Shown piece by piece: positions 50,229 to 60,414 of a stretch of DNA of 64,000 nt. The notes under the pieces are model-generated. The model had not been told where the DNA came from and searched no databases. It was given only the letters and a program-made list of their open reading frames with translations. The stretch's first letter is position 1; each line of letters begins with the position of its first letter. Source of the DNA: a bacterium (lineage in GTDB: Bacteria > Electryoneota > Electryoneia > Electryoneales > Electryoneaceae); assembly GCA_963669175.1 (NCBI GenBank), contig OY769902.1, positions 1,888,001 to 1,952,000 on the forward strand, given 5' to 3'. Made by a program: the position numbers and the translations under genes.

Positions 50229-51182
50229 TCAGTCCACCAGTGCTGGATTTGTTGCCAGGAATACATCCAACCATTCCACTTTTGATTGGCGTTGACCACC
50301 ACCGGGGCTACTTCCAGGCCCACCGCCCGGGCCGCCTCCACCAGGACCTCCTCTTCCGCCCATGCCGCCGCCACCCATACCGCCACCTCCCATGCCACCG
50401 CCAGGAGGGCCACCACCACCGGGACCACCTCCACCGGGGCCACCACCGGGACCACCGCCGCCGGGACCGCCTTCTCGATCCCCGCTGCCGGTTGCGGTAA
50501 GCTCGAGCCCCACGCTGAGCTTCTCACCGGGCGCGACATCAAGGCAGAAATGATTCGGATTTCTGTTCAACGGAATGGCCAGTTCATAGGCGATACGGTC
50601 ATTCTCAAGACGGGCGCATGCAGCGCGGGGACCATCGGAACCGTCGGCCGCCAAAAGGTCAGGCTGGCCGGAACCTGCGTACTGACAAACGATCATGTTC
50701 CAGACATTATCACCTTCCGGCATTTGAAAACGTGGTTTGCTGGTATCACCGGGAGCCATGTTGCCGCCAAAGGGGCGATCTCCACCGGGACCACCCTGAC
50801 CGCCGGGGCCGCCGTCGGGACGTCCACCACGATCATTGCCGTCACGGCCCAACTGCTCACCGCGATATTGCAGCTTCATGGTCTTCTTGTGCTTGCCATT
50901 TTCGTTGACCCAGAAGTTGACACCGGGCATGCCTGCCTTGCCATCCAACTTCTGCAATACCAGTACGTAGACAGTGTCGTCACTGTTTACCAGGCTTACG
51001 GATGTGCTGTACTTCTCAAAAACAACACGGGGGTATACTTCCCAATCGTCAAAATCACCATCAATCACCAACGGCGATGACAACCATAAGCCATCCAGCG
51101 CCCCGCCCCTGCAACCGATAAGGGCAAGGGATCCAATGGCTGCACAGAATACAAGCAGACTTGCCTGCTTTAGGCTCTGCAT
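50229..51182 (-). CDS. Gly/Pro-rich putative lipoprotein
   Basis: Lipobox LIG-C; IDGDFDDW; GGPGG/GGMGG tracts. Confidence 0.7.
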   Translation of the reverse strand: MQSLKQASLLVFCAAIGSLALIGCRGGALDGLWLSSPLVIDGDFDDWEVYPRVVFEKYSTSVSLVNSDDTVYVLVLQKLDGKAGMPGVNFWVNENGKHKKTMKLQYRGEQLGRDGNDRGGRPDGGPGGQGGPGGDRPFGGNMAPGDTSKPRFQMPEGDNVWNMIVCQYAGSGQPDLLAADGSDGPRAACARLENDRIAYELAIPLNRNPNHFCLDVAPGEKLSVGLELTATGSGDREGGPGGGGPGGGPGGGGPGGGGPPGGGMGGGGMGGGGMGGRGGPGGGGPGGGPGSSPGGGQRQSKVEWLDVFLATNPALVD

Positions 51183-51338
51183 GATGCTCCTTCCAGGTAT
51201 CACCCAAGTTCAGCTTCCCCTTGATGACGCTGGAGGTCGGAGGAGGTTTAATATGTGCAGCGATTACGATACTGAGCTTCGAATGACATGTCGTTCACTG
51301 TCATTTCCACCAGCGCGGCCGAAGGGTTCAACAGTTCA

Positions 51339-52925
51339 CAGGATAAACAGGATAGCAAGGATATAAAGGATAGCCATTGTTACTGTTATGATTAATCTCA
51401 GGAAATACCCAGGCACTGTAGTTGTCCTGCCCATCCATCTCTTCCTTTGAATTCTTGATCCAGAATACCCGAGAACCTGTCACATTCCCGACTTTGCCTA
51501 TCAGTTTCTGAAGAGAGTGAAAGCTCTGTTCCCATGCCACGTGTAACAAAGGTATCCACATCATCGCAAGGTAAAATCGGGCCACCCGTCTTCAGCAAAA
51601 GGGGACTGTTTCCTTTTCGTTGCGCGGAGGTGAGATACTTTGTGATGCAGGTAATCGAAAAGGTGGCTGTACCCTTTTGCCTGTGAAGAAGCACAACACT
51701 CTTTTCTGTCCAAAGCGATCAGGTTTTATCACTGCGAAAAGGAGACCTGAAGTGAAAAAAGTGGGCAGTGAAATAGGTGAAAAAAGTAAAGAAGGTAAAA
51801 AACGTAAAAAAGGTCGGGTGGCCAGATCCGCAAGTGACAATGTTTCCATTCTATCTGAACACGGAATACGTTGCGAATACCACATGACAAGCCAAATCCA
51901 GGAGCGCATCTGGACGAGACCAACTTGCAGCAAAAGGGGACTGTTTCCTTTTCGTTGCGCGGAGGTGAGATACTTCGTGATGCAGGTAATCGAAAAGGTG
52001 GCTGTACCCTTTTGCCTGTGACAAAGTGTAACGCTCTTTTCTGTCCAATGCGATCAGGTTTTATCACTGCGAAAAGGGTACAGTTTCCTTTTCCGCAAGG
52101 TCAGCGGGAGTGTCTGGCACAGGACGTGGGGAAAAGGATCCCGTCCCCTTTTCGTGCAAGCCACCTGTAGCCCGGCCATGCCTGACCGGGAAAAGCTGTC
52201 GTGTGGTCGTGTGGCCCGAGTCGCAGATGATGCTCCTTCCACTCTGGTACAATTGTCAACATTCGTAGTCATTTCCACGCTTGACGCAGCACAAGAGCGC
52301 CTCGGGATTCTACAAACAAGCGGACTAACTTCTTGATAGAATTTAGAATAGACCCCGCCGGGCAGCCGCCTTTGCTTCGCTACGGCTCGCTTCAAGCCGG
52401 CGGGGCCAAGCTACACATCTGCAGCAAAAGGGGACTGTTTCCTTTTCGTTGCGCGGCGGTGAGATACTTCGTGATTCAGGTAATCGAAAAGGTGACTGTA
52501 CCCTTTTGCCTGTCAAGAAGTACAACACTCTTTTCTGTCCCATGCGATCAGGTTTATCACTGCGAAAAGGGTACAGTTTCCTTTTCCGCAAGGTCAGCGG
52601 GAGTGTCCGGCACAGGACGTGGGGAAAAGGATCCCGTCCCCTTTTCGTGCAAGCCACCTGTAGCCCGGCCATGCCTGGCCGGGAAAAGCTGTCGTGTGGC
52701 CCGAGACGCAGATGATGCTCCTTCCACTCTGATACAATCGTCAACATTCGTAGTCATTTCCACGCTTGACGCAGCACAAGAGCGCCTCGGGATTCTACAA
52801 ACAAGCGGACTAACTTCTTGATAGAATTTAGAATAGACCCCGCCGGGCAGCCGCCTTCGCTTCGCTACGGCTCGCTTCAAGCCGGCGGGGCCAATAACGG
52901 ACACACACTTCAAGCGGCGGGGCTA
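51339..52925 (+). repeat. Composite repeat block upstream of the AT-rich cassette
   Basis: AGGAT repeat 51339-51371; partial module A 51593-51742; A-rich 9-mer block from 51747; two ~490-bp tandem units (51928-52421, 52422-~52894), each module A plus GC-hairpin module B. Confidence 0.9.
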
Positions 52926-53037
52926 ACAGTGCGACACTTGGCTTTCCTCAAAACGCTACAGCTACACATCGAGCAGGGAAAGGATACCTGATACTCGAAG
53001 AGTCCTGAGCATTTCTTCGAATATATGTGCGGAGATC

Positions 53038-53067
53038 TTGACTTTGCATGGGGGGGGGGGGTAGTAT
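53038..53067 (+). promoter_or_regulatory. Sigma70-like promoter with a G12 tract in the spacer
   Basis: TTGACT (53038) - 18 nt (ttgcat + G12) - TAGTAT (53062), upstream of the 53196 gene. Confidence 0.5.
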
Positions 53068-53195
53068 TTTGATAATGAAACAACGATGTCATCCTGTTTC
53101 TATTTCAGGATGAAGGACTGTATAGAAAGCATGCGTCGTTTCCAATCTCAAAAAATGAGATACGGTGCATGCAATAAAGGATAAAGGAGAGTGAC

Positions 53196-53591
53196 ATGAG
53201 AAGGATGAGGAAACCACTGCTTGCATTAGTATTGCTTATTTCCTTGGCAATGGTAACAAATATCATTGCAGAAGTTATTTATTATAATGAATTTACTGCC
53301 GGAGATGCAGTGACTTACAATTACACTTGTACTGCTTCTGATGGAAGGGATCCGGCAACATCCCATGTGGATGCTCGTAACCTGACCGGAAGTATCAGCG
53401 CATCTGTTTTGGTTACTCATAATGGAGTTGATGATTGTTGGATTTTTCTTAGGTCAGCAACATATGAGTATCGAAATTGGGGAAATTTACTATGGAATAC
53501 ACAGAGCGACAATAACAATACAATAGCGCATCATGTGGATGATGGATCCAATGGTATCTGTATTTTTAAGACGGTTGTGTATCCAGATTGA
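53196..53591 (+). CDS. Small secreted hypothetical protein
   Basis: AAGGAG RBS; signal peptide MRRMRKPLLALVLLISLAMVTNIIA; AT-rich. Confidence 0.7.
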   Translation: MRRMRKPLLALVLLISLAMVTNIIAEVIYYNEFTAGDAVTYNYTCTASDGRDPATSHVDARNLTGSISASVLVTHNGVDDCWIFLRSATYEYRNWGNLLWNTQSDNNNTIAHHVDDGSNGICIFKTVVYPD

Positions 53592-53691
53592 TCTGATCAG
53601 GTAAATTCTTTATTTATAGGTAGATAAAGAAGAATGTGTTGTCAGTCTTCAGTTGATAACACATTCTTTCATTTATACAGGAGTTTCTGTT

Positions 53692-55968
53692 ATGAAGGAA
53701 GCATGTATTTTATCCATAATGGTAGTTTTAGTTTTAATAGTTGTCGTATGTGGTAATGCTGCCATATTACGTGTGCCCGGTGAGTATAATACTATTGCAG
53801 ATGCTTTTAATTCTTCACAAGTAGGCGATACCGTATTGGTATACCCGGGTGATTACAATGAGAGCATAATCATTGATCATGATCTCAGCCTCTTCGGTAC
53901 TTATGTATTCACACATGACAGCTCGGAGATTCACGAGACCCAACTGATTGCCTTAACGAATTCACGTATTCTGGATATTGTTGGTCCTGACATTCGGGTA
54001 AGCATAGAAGGCATACTTTTTGGAAATGGATACTTGGCGGATGAACAGGAGTTTGGCGGGGCAATTCGCGCAAATCAATCAGAACTATTACTTAAGAACT
54101 GTATATTTACCAGTAATTATGCAGAGTGCGGTGGTGCTATTTATACAGATAGTAGCTCTGTTACGGTGAATAATTGTCAATTTTCACAAAACATGGCAGG
54201 CTACAGTGGGGGGGCGATGCATCATTCCTGTGGCTATAATGAAATCAAGAACTGTGTTTTTGCACAAAATATATCGGGTTGGATCGCTGGTGGAATAACA
54301 GGAGTAAACTCAACCAGTATTGTCAATGATAATGTGTTTAAAGAAAACAGAGGATTGACATTTGGTGGAGCAATTAATCTTGGATGGGAAGGTCAAAAGG
54401 CAACGATAAAGGAAAATGTAATAGTAAATAATCGTTCTACTTTTGGAGGAGGTATATTTATATCAGGAATGGATTCTGTATGGATAGAAAGTAATTATAT
54501 TGCATTTAACCTAGCAGATGAGGGTGCAGAAGTTAATACAGGTCTTGGTGGAGGGTTAGTAGTAATAGATAGTGCTGCATATTATGAAATATATAAAAAT
54601 AACTTCTATAATAATGTTTCATATTCTACTGGTGGTGCTGCAGTACTTGGCTCTACTTCATTGGTTTATGATAATATTATAAAAAATAATAAATCAAGGA
54701 GTGCCGGAGCTTATGTGGTAAAACAGGTCAATGATTATGAACCACACGTAGAATCATATAATAATCTGATAATAGGTAACCTAAGGGAAGAAGAAGAACC
54801 ACAGTATCAATATTTTGGCGCTATTGATGCACGGGGCTATTCTCAACTTATGGCCTATCATAATGATATTTACGGTAATCGACCTAGAGCAGCAGGTTTC
54901 TATATTGAGGATACTCTGGAAACCGTTATGAATGTGACAAACAACTACTGGGGCCATCCATCCGGTCCTTATCAGGCGAATCAAAATCCCGGCGGATTGG
55001 GAGATACGGTCAGTACACTTCTTGATGTTATCCCTTTCTCTTCAACTCCCTTTACGAATTTTCGAAATCCTGTTGGACCGGTATTGAATCATCCGAATGA
55101 TGGCGCAATTAATGATACCCTTCCGATACGTTTCACCTGGGAAGAAGCCACAGATCCCAATCCGGATGATACCATTCATTATATCCTCGAATTGTCGCTG
55201 GATGAGGAGTTCACCGATCCGGATCAATACTATTTCATTCCCCAGCCAAGCCGTGTTGTGAGCTGGTTTGACTACGAGAACACCTATTACTGGCGCGTGA
55301 TCGCCTACGATGATGTCTGGTTGATGGATACCAGTGAAGTCCGTGAACTTCGTGTCACCAGTGAAGGCTTGCCCCCACGTATCTTTAACCTGCTATCGCC
55401 GCAAGAGGATGAGTTGATCCTTGAGACGCCGGTTACGTTTACCTGGAGCCGTGCCCTGGATTTTACCATCGGGGATACGGTCAGTTATACGCTGGAACTG
55501 GCGCCCATAGCCCAGTTTGATGACCCCATTACCTACCCTGTCGGGATGGATACTTTCTTCACCGTGGATGAATCCCAGTTTGAATGGGAAGAGACCTATC
55601 GCTGGCGTGTGGTGGCTGAGGATATTTTCGGGCATCGACGTTTCTCCAGTCAGATGTTTGACTTTTTCCTGACCGGGGTGTCGGAAACCGCGAAGGAAGG
55701 ATTGCCGGAAACGTGGGATCTCAGCGCTCCGTACCCGAACCCGTTCAATGCGCGCATGGCGGTGATTGTGAGTGTGCCGGAACGTGGGCTTGTGGATGTT
55801 GACGTGTTCGATGTGCTGGGACGACAGGTAACAAGATTGCACCGTGGGGAGCTGACTCCCGGCTGGCATCGGATCGGTTGGGAAGCCAACGCGCCTTCCG
55901 GAACCTATTTCGTTCGCGCCCAAAGCGGCCACTGGTCACAAGTCAGGAAGGTATTGCTTCTGAAGTGA
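53692..55968 (+). CDS. Secreted beta-helix protein (GGAI/FxxN repeats) with Fn3-like domains and T9SS CTD
   Basis: LRVPGEYNTI...GDTVLVYPG; repeated GGAI/FxxN; NYWGHPSGP; YPNPFN...FDVLGRQV...SGTYF...KVLLLK. Confidence 0.85.
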   Translation: MKEACILSIMVVLVLIVVVCGNAAILRVPGEYNTIADAFNSSQVGDTVLVYPGDYNESIIIDHDLSLFGTYVFTHDSSEIHETQLIALTNSRILDIVGPDIRVSIEGILFGNGYLADEQEFGGAIRANQSELLLKNCIFTSNYAECGGAIYTDSSSVTVNNCQFSQNMAGYSGGAMHHSCGYNEIKNCVFAQNISGWIAGGITGVNSTSIVNDNVFKENRGLTFGGAINLGWEGQKATIKENVIVNNRSTFGGGIFISGMDSVWIESNYIAFNLADEGAEVNTGLGGGLVVIDSAAYYEIYKNNFYNNVSYSTGGAAVLGSTSLVYDNIIKNNKSRSAGAYVVKQVNDYEPHVESYNNLIIGNLREEEEPQYQYFGAIDARGYSQLMAYHNDIYGNRPRAAGFYIEDTLETVMNVTNNYWGHPSGPYQANQNPGGLGDTVSTLLDVIPFSSTPFTNFRNPVGPVLNHPNDGAINDTLPIRFTWEEATDPNPDDTIHYILELSLDEEFTDPDQYYFIPQPSRVVSWFDYENTYYWRVIAYDDVWLMDTSEVRELRVTSEGLPPRIFNLLSPQEDELILETPVTFTWSRALDFTIGDTVSYTLELAPIAQFDDPITYPVGMDTFFTVDESQFEWEETYRWRVVAEDIFGHRRFSSQMFDFFLTGVSETAKEGLPETWDLSAPYPNPFNARMAVIVSVPERGLVDVDVFDVLGRQVTRLHRGELTPGWHRIGWEANAPSGTYFVRAQSGHWSQVRKVLLLK

Positions 55969-57158
55969 AAAAAGTGGGCAGTGAAATAGGTGAAAAAAGT
56001 AAAGAATGTAAAAAACGTAAAAAAGGTCGGGTGGCCAGATCCGCAAGTGACAATGTTTCCATTCTATCTGAACCCGGAATCCGCAACGAAGACCACACTA
56101 CAAGCTGAATTCAGGAGCGCATCTGGACGAGACCAACTTGCAGCAAAAGGGGACTGTTTCCTTTTCCGCAAGGTCAGCTGGAGTGTCCGGCACAGGACGT
56201 GGGGAAAAGGATCCCGTCCCCTTTTCGTGCAAGCCACCTGTAGCCCGGCCATGCCTGGCCGGGAAAAGCTGTCGTGTGGTCGTGTGGCCCGAGTCGCAGA
56301 TGAGATTGTTTCCGCTATGCCTGATTCATGAATACTCTGTTCATGTTGGAATAGGTGAGGAAGCCAGGAGTGGATCGGGAAACGACACAAACAAGCGGAC
56401 TAACTTCTTGAATAAATTAAAATAGACCCCGCCGGACAGCAGCCTTCGCTTCGCTACGGCTCGCTTCAAGCCGGCGGGGCCAATACCGGACACACGCTTC
56501 AAGCGGTGGGGCCAAGCTACACATCTGCAGCAAAAGGGGACTGTTTCCTTTTCGTTGCGCGGAGGTGAGATACTTCGTGATTCAGGTAATCGAAAAGGTG
56601 ACTGTACCCTTTTGCCTGTGACAAAGTGTAACGCTCTTTTCTGTCCAATGCGATCAGGTTTTATCACTGCGAAAAGGGTACAGTTTCCTTTTCCGCAAGG
56701 TCAGCGGGAGTGTCCGGCACAGGACGTGGGGAAAAGGATCCCGTCCCCTTTTCGTGCAAGCCACCTGTAGCCCGGCCATGCCTGGCCGGGGAATACAGTC
56801 GGATGGCCCTAGTGAATCGGGAAAACGATGCAAGCAAGCGGACTAACTTCTTGATACAATTTATAATAAACCCCGCCGGGCAGCCGCCTTCGCTTCGCTA
56901 CGGCATGCTTCAAGCCGGCGGGGCCAATAGGATACATTTTCAGCCAAAAGAAAATGTTGAAAACAGTCGAGGTGAGCGCCTTTATTGAGAAAAAGCAGCC
57001 CGGGTGCAAGCACGCCGGGCCACGCAATATTTGTTACAATGTACAGGATTAACAGGATATTAAGGATATAAAGGATGTATCATAATTGTGCTAACATCAA
57101 GTAAAAAAGAGAAAGTCTTAATCCTGCACATCCTTCTCATCCTTCGCATCCTGTAAAT
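55960..57158 (+). repeat. Composite repeat block downstream of the cassette; direct repeat of the upstream block
   Basis: 55960-56302 matches 51747-52229 with a 140-bp internal deletion. Module B at 56391-56483 and 56835-56927; full module A 56528-56790; AGGAT repeats 57044-57076 and inverted 57121-57158. Confidence 0.9.
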
Positions 57159-57183
57159 TCAATCTTGATCCAACCAAAACGGA

Positions 57184-58287
57184 CTAATGAATGATATGCA
57201 GCAGACGGTTCCAGCGGACGATCTGCCAGATTTTGGCTGCCTTGTTGTTGAATGAGAAATACAGGATCATGGCTTCCCCGAGCACCAGCTTTTTCGGGAG
57301 GAATCCCCAGTACCTGCTGTCCGCTGAATTGTCACGGTTATCACCCATCATGAACAGGTGGCCTTCCGGGACGCGGATAGGGCCGTAATTGTAACGGCTT
57401 CCCCGATACATGGGGAAGGGGCAGGTTTGCAGGAACTGCATCATCCTGGCTACCGTTTCCGGATCGCCATTGTGCATGTCCGGGAAAGCGAAACTGAAAA
57501 TCTCGGCATATTCCGGTGTGGGGATGACCTGACCGTCAACAATCAAGCGACTGCCCTCGATTTCGAGAGTCTGCCCGCCCACCGCGACCGCTTCGGCGAT
57601 ACCGGTATCCATGAGGACAAATGTCGCTTCGGGGACAGTCACTGGCCCGTAATGGAATGAGCCGGACGCTCGTCCGATTTCCCAGCCTTCAAGCAATTCG
57701 TTTGGAGGTGGCGTGGAACGTGGCGGCCCCCATTTCCCTTTCGGCGGCAGCGGTGATTCTTCACCGTCGATATACAGGGTCTTGTTTTTCACTTCTACCA
57801 CCTGCCCTTCGGTGGCGACACAACGCTTGATATAGTTTAACCTCTGGTTCACCGGGTAACGGAAGATGATCACATCGCCGGGTTCAGGATTCCAGATGGA
57901 AGGAACACGAAAATAGGGAGTTTCAAAGCCAATATTCGTATAAGGAATGCCAACCCAGTCCGGTGTGCGGACGCCATATTTAAACTTGTTCGCCAGCAGG
58001 AAGTCCCCGACCAGCAGGGTGTTTTCCATGGAACCGGAGGGGATACGGAACGCTTCAGCAACAACAACACGGATGAATGTTACAATCAGGACGACTTCAA
58101 CAATCGTATACACCCAGTCCAGTAACCAACCACGTTTACGACGCAGCTCTTCACGTTTCCTCTTCTGCTCCTGTCGCCAGTGCAGGAATTTCTGCAACGC
58201 GTTCAGGTCTTCAATTGGTTCAGCAGGGACTGATTCCGGTGAGGGGGAGGAGTCGTGCTGTGGGGCATTCTTCTGTTGTTTGCTCAT
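57184..58287 (-). CDS. lepB: Signal peptidase I
   Basis: [36 protein letters not shown]. Confidence 0.95.
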   Translation of the reverse strand: MSKQQKNAPQHDSSPSPESVPAEPIEDLNALQKFLHWRQEQKRKREELRRKRGWLLDWVYTIVEVVLIVTFIRVVVAEAFRIPSGSMENTLLVGDFLLANKFKYGVRTPDWVGIPYTNIGFETPYFRVPSIWNPEPGDVIIFRYPVNQRLNYIKRCVATEGQVVEVKNKTLYIDGEESPLPPKGKWGPPRSTPPPNELLEGWEIGRASGSFHYGPVTVPEATFVLMDTGIAEAVAVGGQTLEIEGSRLIVDGQVIPTPEYAEIFSFAFPDMHNGDPETVARMMQFLQTCPFPMYRGSRYNYGPIRVPEGHLFMMGDNRDNSADSRYWGFLPKKLVLGEAMILYFSFNNKAAKIWQIVRWNRLLHIIH

Positions 58288-60095
58288 GAGTCTACCTTTA
58301 ACACCGCCAGAAACGCCTCTTGCGGAACCTCAACCGATCCCAGGCGCTTCATCCGTTTTTTACCCTCTTTCTGCTTCTCAAGCAGCTTCCGTTTACGCGT
58401 AATATCACCGCCGTAACATTTGGCTGTAACATTTTTACGTAGCGCTTTTACGGTACTTCTCGCGATAACTCGTGTGTTGACCGCAGCTTGGATCGCTACT
58501 TCAAACATCTGCCGTGGGATCAGGTCTTTCAGCTTGTCAACAACCTTCCGGCCCCATTCATAAGCTTTGTCCTCATGGACGATCATGGACAACGCATCCA
58601 CCGGGTCACCGTTGATCAGGATGTCGAGACGCGATAGCTGGGCTGGTTCGTAGCGAACAAACTCGTAGTCAAACGATGCGTAACCGCGTGTCTGGCTTTT
58701 CAGGCGGTCATAAAAATCGAAGACAACTTCGGCCAGCGGGAAATCATAGGTCAGGTTCACTCGTGTTGTCTCGATGTATTCCTGGCTGACAAACTGACCA
58801 CGACGTTCTCTCGCCAACTTCATCACCGGCCCGACATACTCGTCTGGGGTGATTACCTGTCCACGTACAATCGGTTCTTCGATATGATCAATCATACCCG
58901 GATCGGGAAAATCGACCGGGTTGGACAACCATTCTTCCTTGCCGTCCGTATGCACAACCTTGAATCGCACACTGGGAACCGTGCTGACCAGGTTCAGATC
59001 GAATTCTCGTTCCAATCGTTCCTGTATAATTTCCATGTGCAGCAGGCCCAGGAAACCGCAACGGAAGCCGAAGCCAAGCGCCGTTGAGCTTTCTGCATCA
59101 TACCGCAGGGAGGCGTCGTTCAGTGCCAGACGATCCAGCGCGTCCCGCAGGTTCTCATATTGCTCATGATCCGCCGGGAACATTCCCGAGAAGACCATGG
59201 ATTTCGGTTCTTTATATCCCGGCAGCGGTGTGGGCATATTGCCGGCGCCTTTGCGAAACGCCATGACCGTGTCACCGACTCGAGTATCACGGATTTCCTT
59301 GCACCCGGTCACCAGGTAGCCGACTTCACCTACACCGAGCTGCTTGCGTGGAAGCTTCTCAAGCCTAAGGACGCCCAACTCTTCTACAAGGTAGCGTTTG
59401 TCGGTCTGGTAAAAGAGGATCTCCATATCCGGTTTAAAAGTGCCGTCCACAACGCGGATATAGGCGATAGCGCCCTTGTAGTTGTCGTACATGGAGTCGA
59501 AGATGAGCGCTCTCGGAAGAGCGTCCGGATCGCCTTTGGGCGGCGGCACCTTGTGAACGATGGCTTCCAGTAGCGCGTCGATGCCGACACCTTCTTTGGC
59601 GGAAACCTTCAGGATCTCTTCTTCATCGCAACCAATCAGGTCAACGATTTGTTGCGTGACTTTGTCAACCTGCGCGGAAGGCAGGTCGATTTTATTGATA
59701 ACCGGAATGATTTCCAGGTCGGCATCCACAGCCAGGTAGAGATTAGCGAGGGTTTGCGCTTCTACTCCCTGTGCGGCATCGATGACCAGCAGGGCGCCTT
59801 CAGCAGCGGCAAGGCTGCGGCTGACTTCATAAGAGAAGTCCACATGCCCGGGCGTGTCCACCAGGTTCAGGATATATTTCTGTTTATCTTCCGCGATATA
59901 ATCCATGGTAATCGCGTGAGCCTTGATCGTGATGCCACGTTCCTGCTCAAGTTCCATGGAGTCGAGAACCTGGGCGCGCATCTGCTTGGAGGTGAGAGTA
60001 GCGGTAGCCTCCAGCATGCGGTCTGCCAGGGTCGATTTTCCGTGATCAATGTGCGCAATGATACAGAAATTGCGTATGCTTTTCGGGTCTGACAT
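58284..60095 (-). CDS. lepA: Translation elongation factor 4
   Basis: [53 protein letters not shown]. Confidence 0.98.
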   Translation of the reverse strand: MSDPKSIRNFCIIAHIDHGKSTLADRMLEATATLTSKQMRAQVLDSMELEQERGITIKAHAITMDYIAEDKQKYILNLVDTPGHVDFSYEVSRSLAAAEGALLVIDAAQGVEAQTLANLYLAVDADLEIIPVINKIDLPSAQVDKVTQQIVDLIGCDEEEILKVSAKEGVGIDALLEAIVHKVPPPKGDPDALPRALIFDSMYDNYKGAIAYIRVVDGTFKPDMEILFYQTDKRYLVEELGVLRLEKLPRKQLGVGEVGYLVTGCKEIRDTRVGDTVMAFRKGAGNMPTPLPGYKEPKSMVFSGMFPADHEQYENLRDALDRLALNDASLRYDAESSTALGFGFRCGFLGLLHMEIIQERLEREFDLNLVSTVPSVRFKVVHTDGKEEWLSNPVDFPDPGMIDHIEEPIVRGQVITPDEYVGPVMKLARERRGQFVSQEYIETTRVNLTYDFPLAEVVFDFYDRLKSQTRGYASFDYEFVRYEPAQLSRLDILINGDPVDALSMIVHEDKAYEWGRKVVDKLKDLIPRQMFEVAIQAAVNTRVIARSTVKALRKNVTAKCYGGDITRKRKLLEKQKEGKKRMKRLGSVEVPQEAFLAVLKVDS

Positions 60096-60414
60096 GGATC
60101 TTCGTTGTACTCGTTAGGGCCAGTATGTCTGTGTACGTTTTGAAAAGAATCAGGTTCCATCCAAGGACATTACAATCTTGCAAGATACGGTTTTTCAATC
60201 GATAGAAGAAAGAGGTCAATTGTTGCCCGGAGATGAATTTATGAGAGAAAAATGCCCGTATGGATTTGATTTGATGACGTGGACGTGTATTTTATTGACA
60301 CATTCGGTCTTGGCCAGATCGAGTTACACGCATCCCCGGAAAACTTGTAAAACCTGATGTTCGGGTTCTACTGCCACGAGGTCTTTTCCATCCGAACGAA
60401 ACAGGAGAAGGATC

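Noticed and set aside
50290-50480. GC-rich short repeats as a DNA element
   Set aside because: They encode the Gly/Pro tract of the 50229-51182 protein, with synonymous variation.
51592-52913. Many short ORFs in repeat blocks (also 6804-7151, 15456-15737, 23380-23801, 55990-56988)
   Set aside because: They recur only because the non-coding repeats recur; no RBS or protein-family features.
51593-52925. Hairpin arrays as a CRISPR array
   Set aside because: Repeats are non-identical and alternate in orientation, spacers are duplicated between arrays, and no cas genes are present.
51339-57158. Integron cassette array with attC sites
   Set aside because: No integrase in the window and no RYYYAAC...GTTRRRY-bounded sites recognised.
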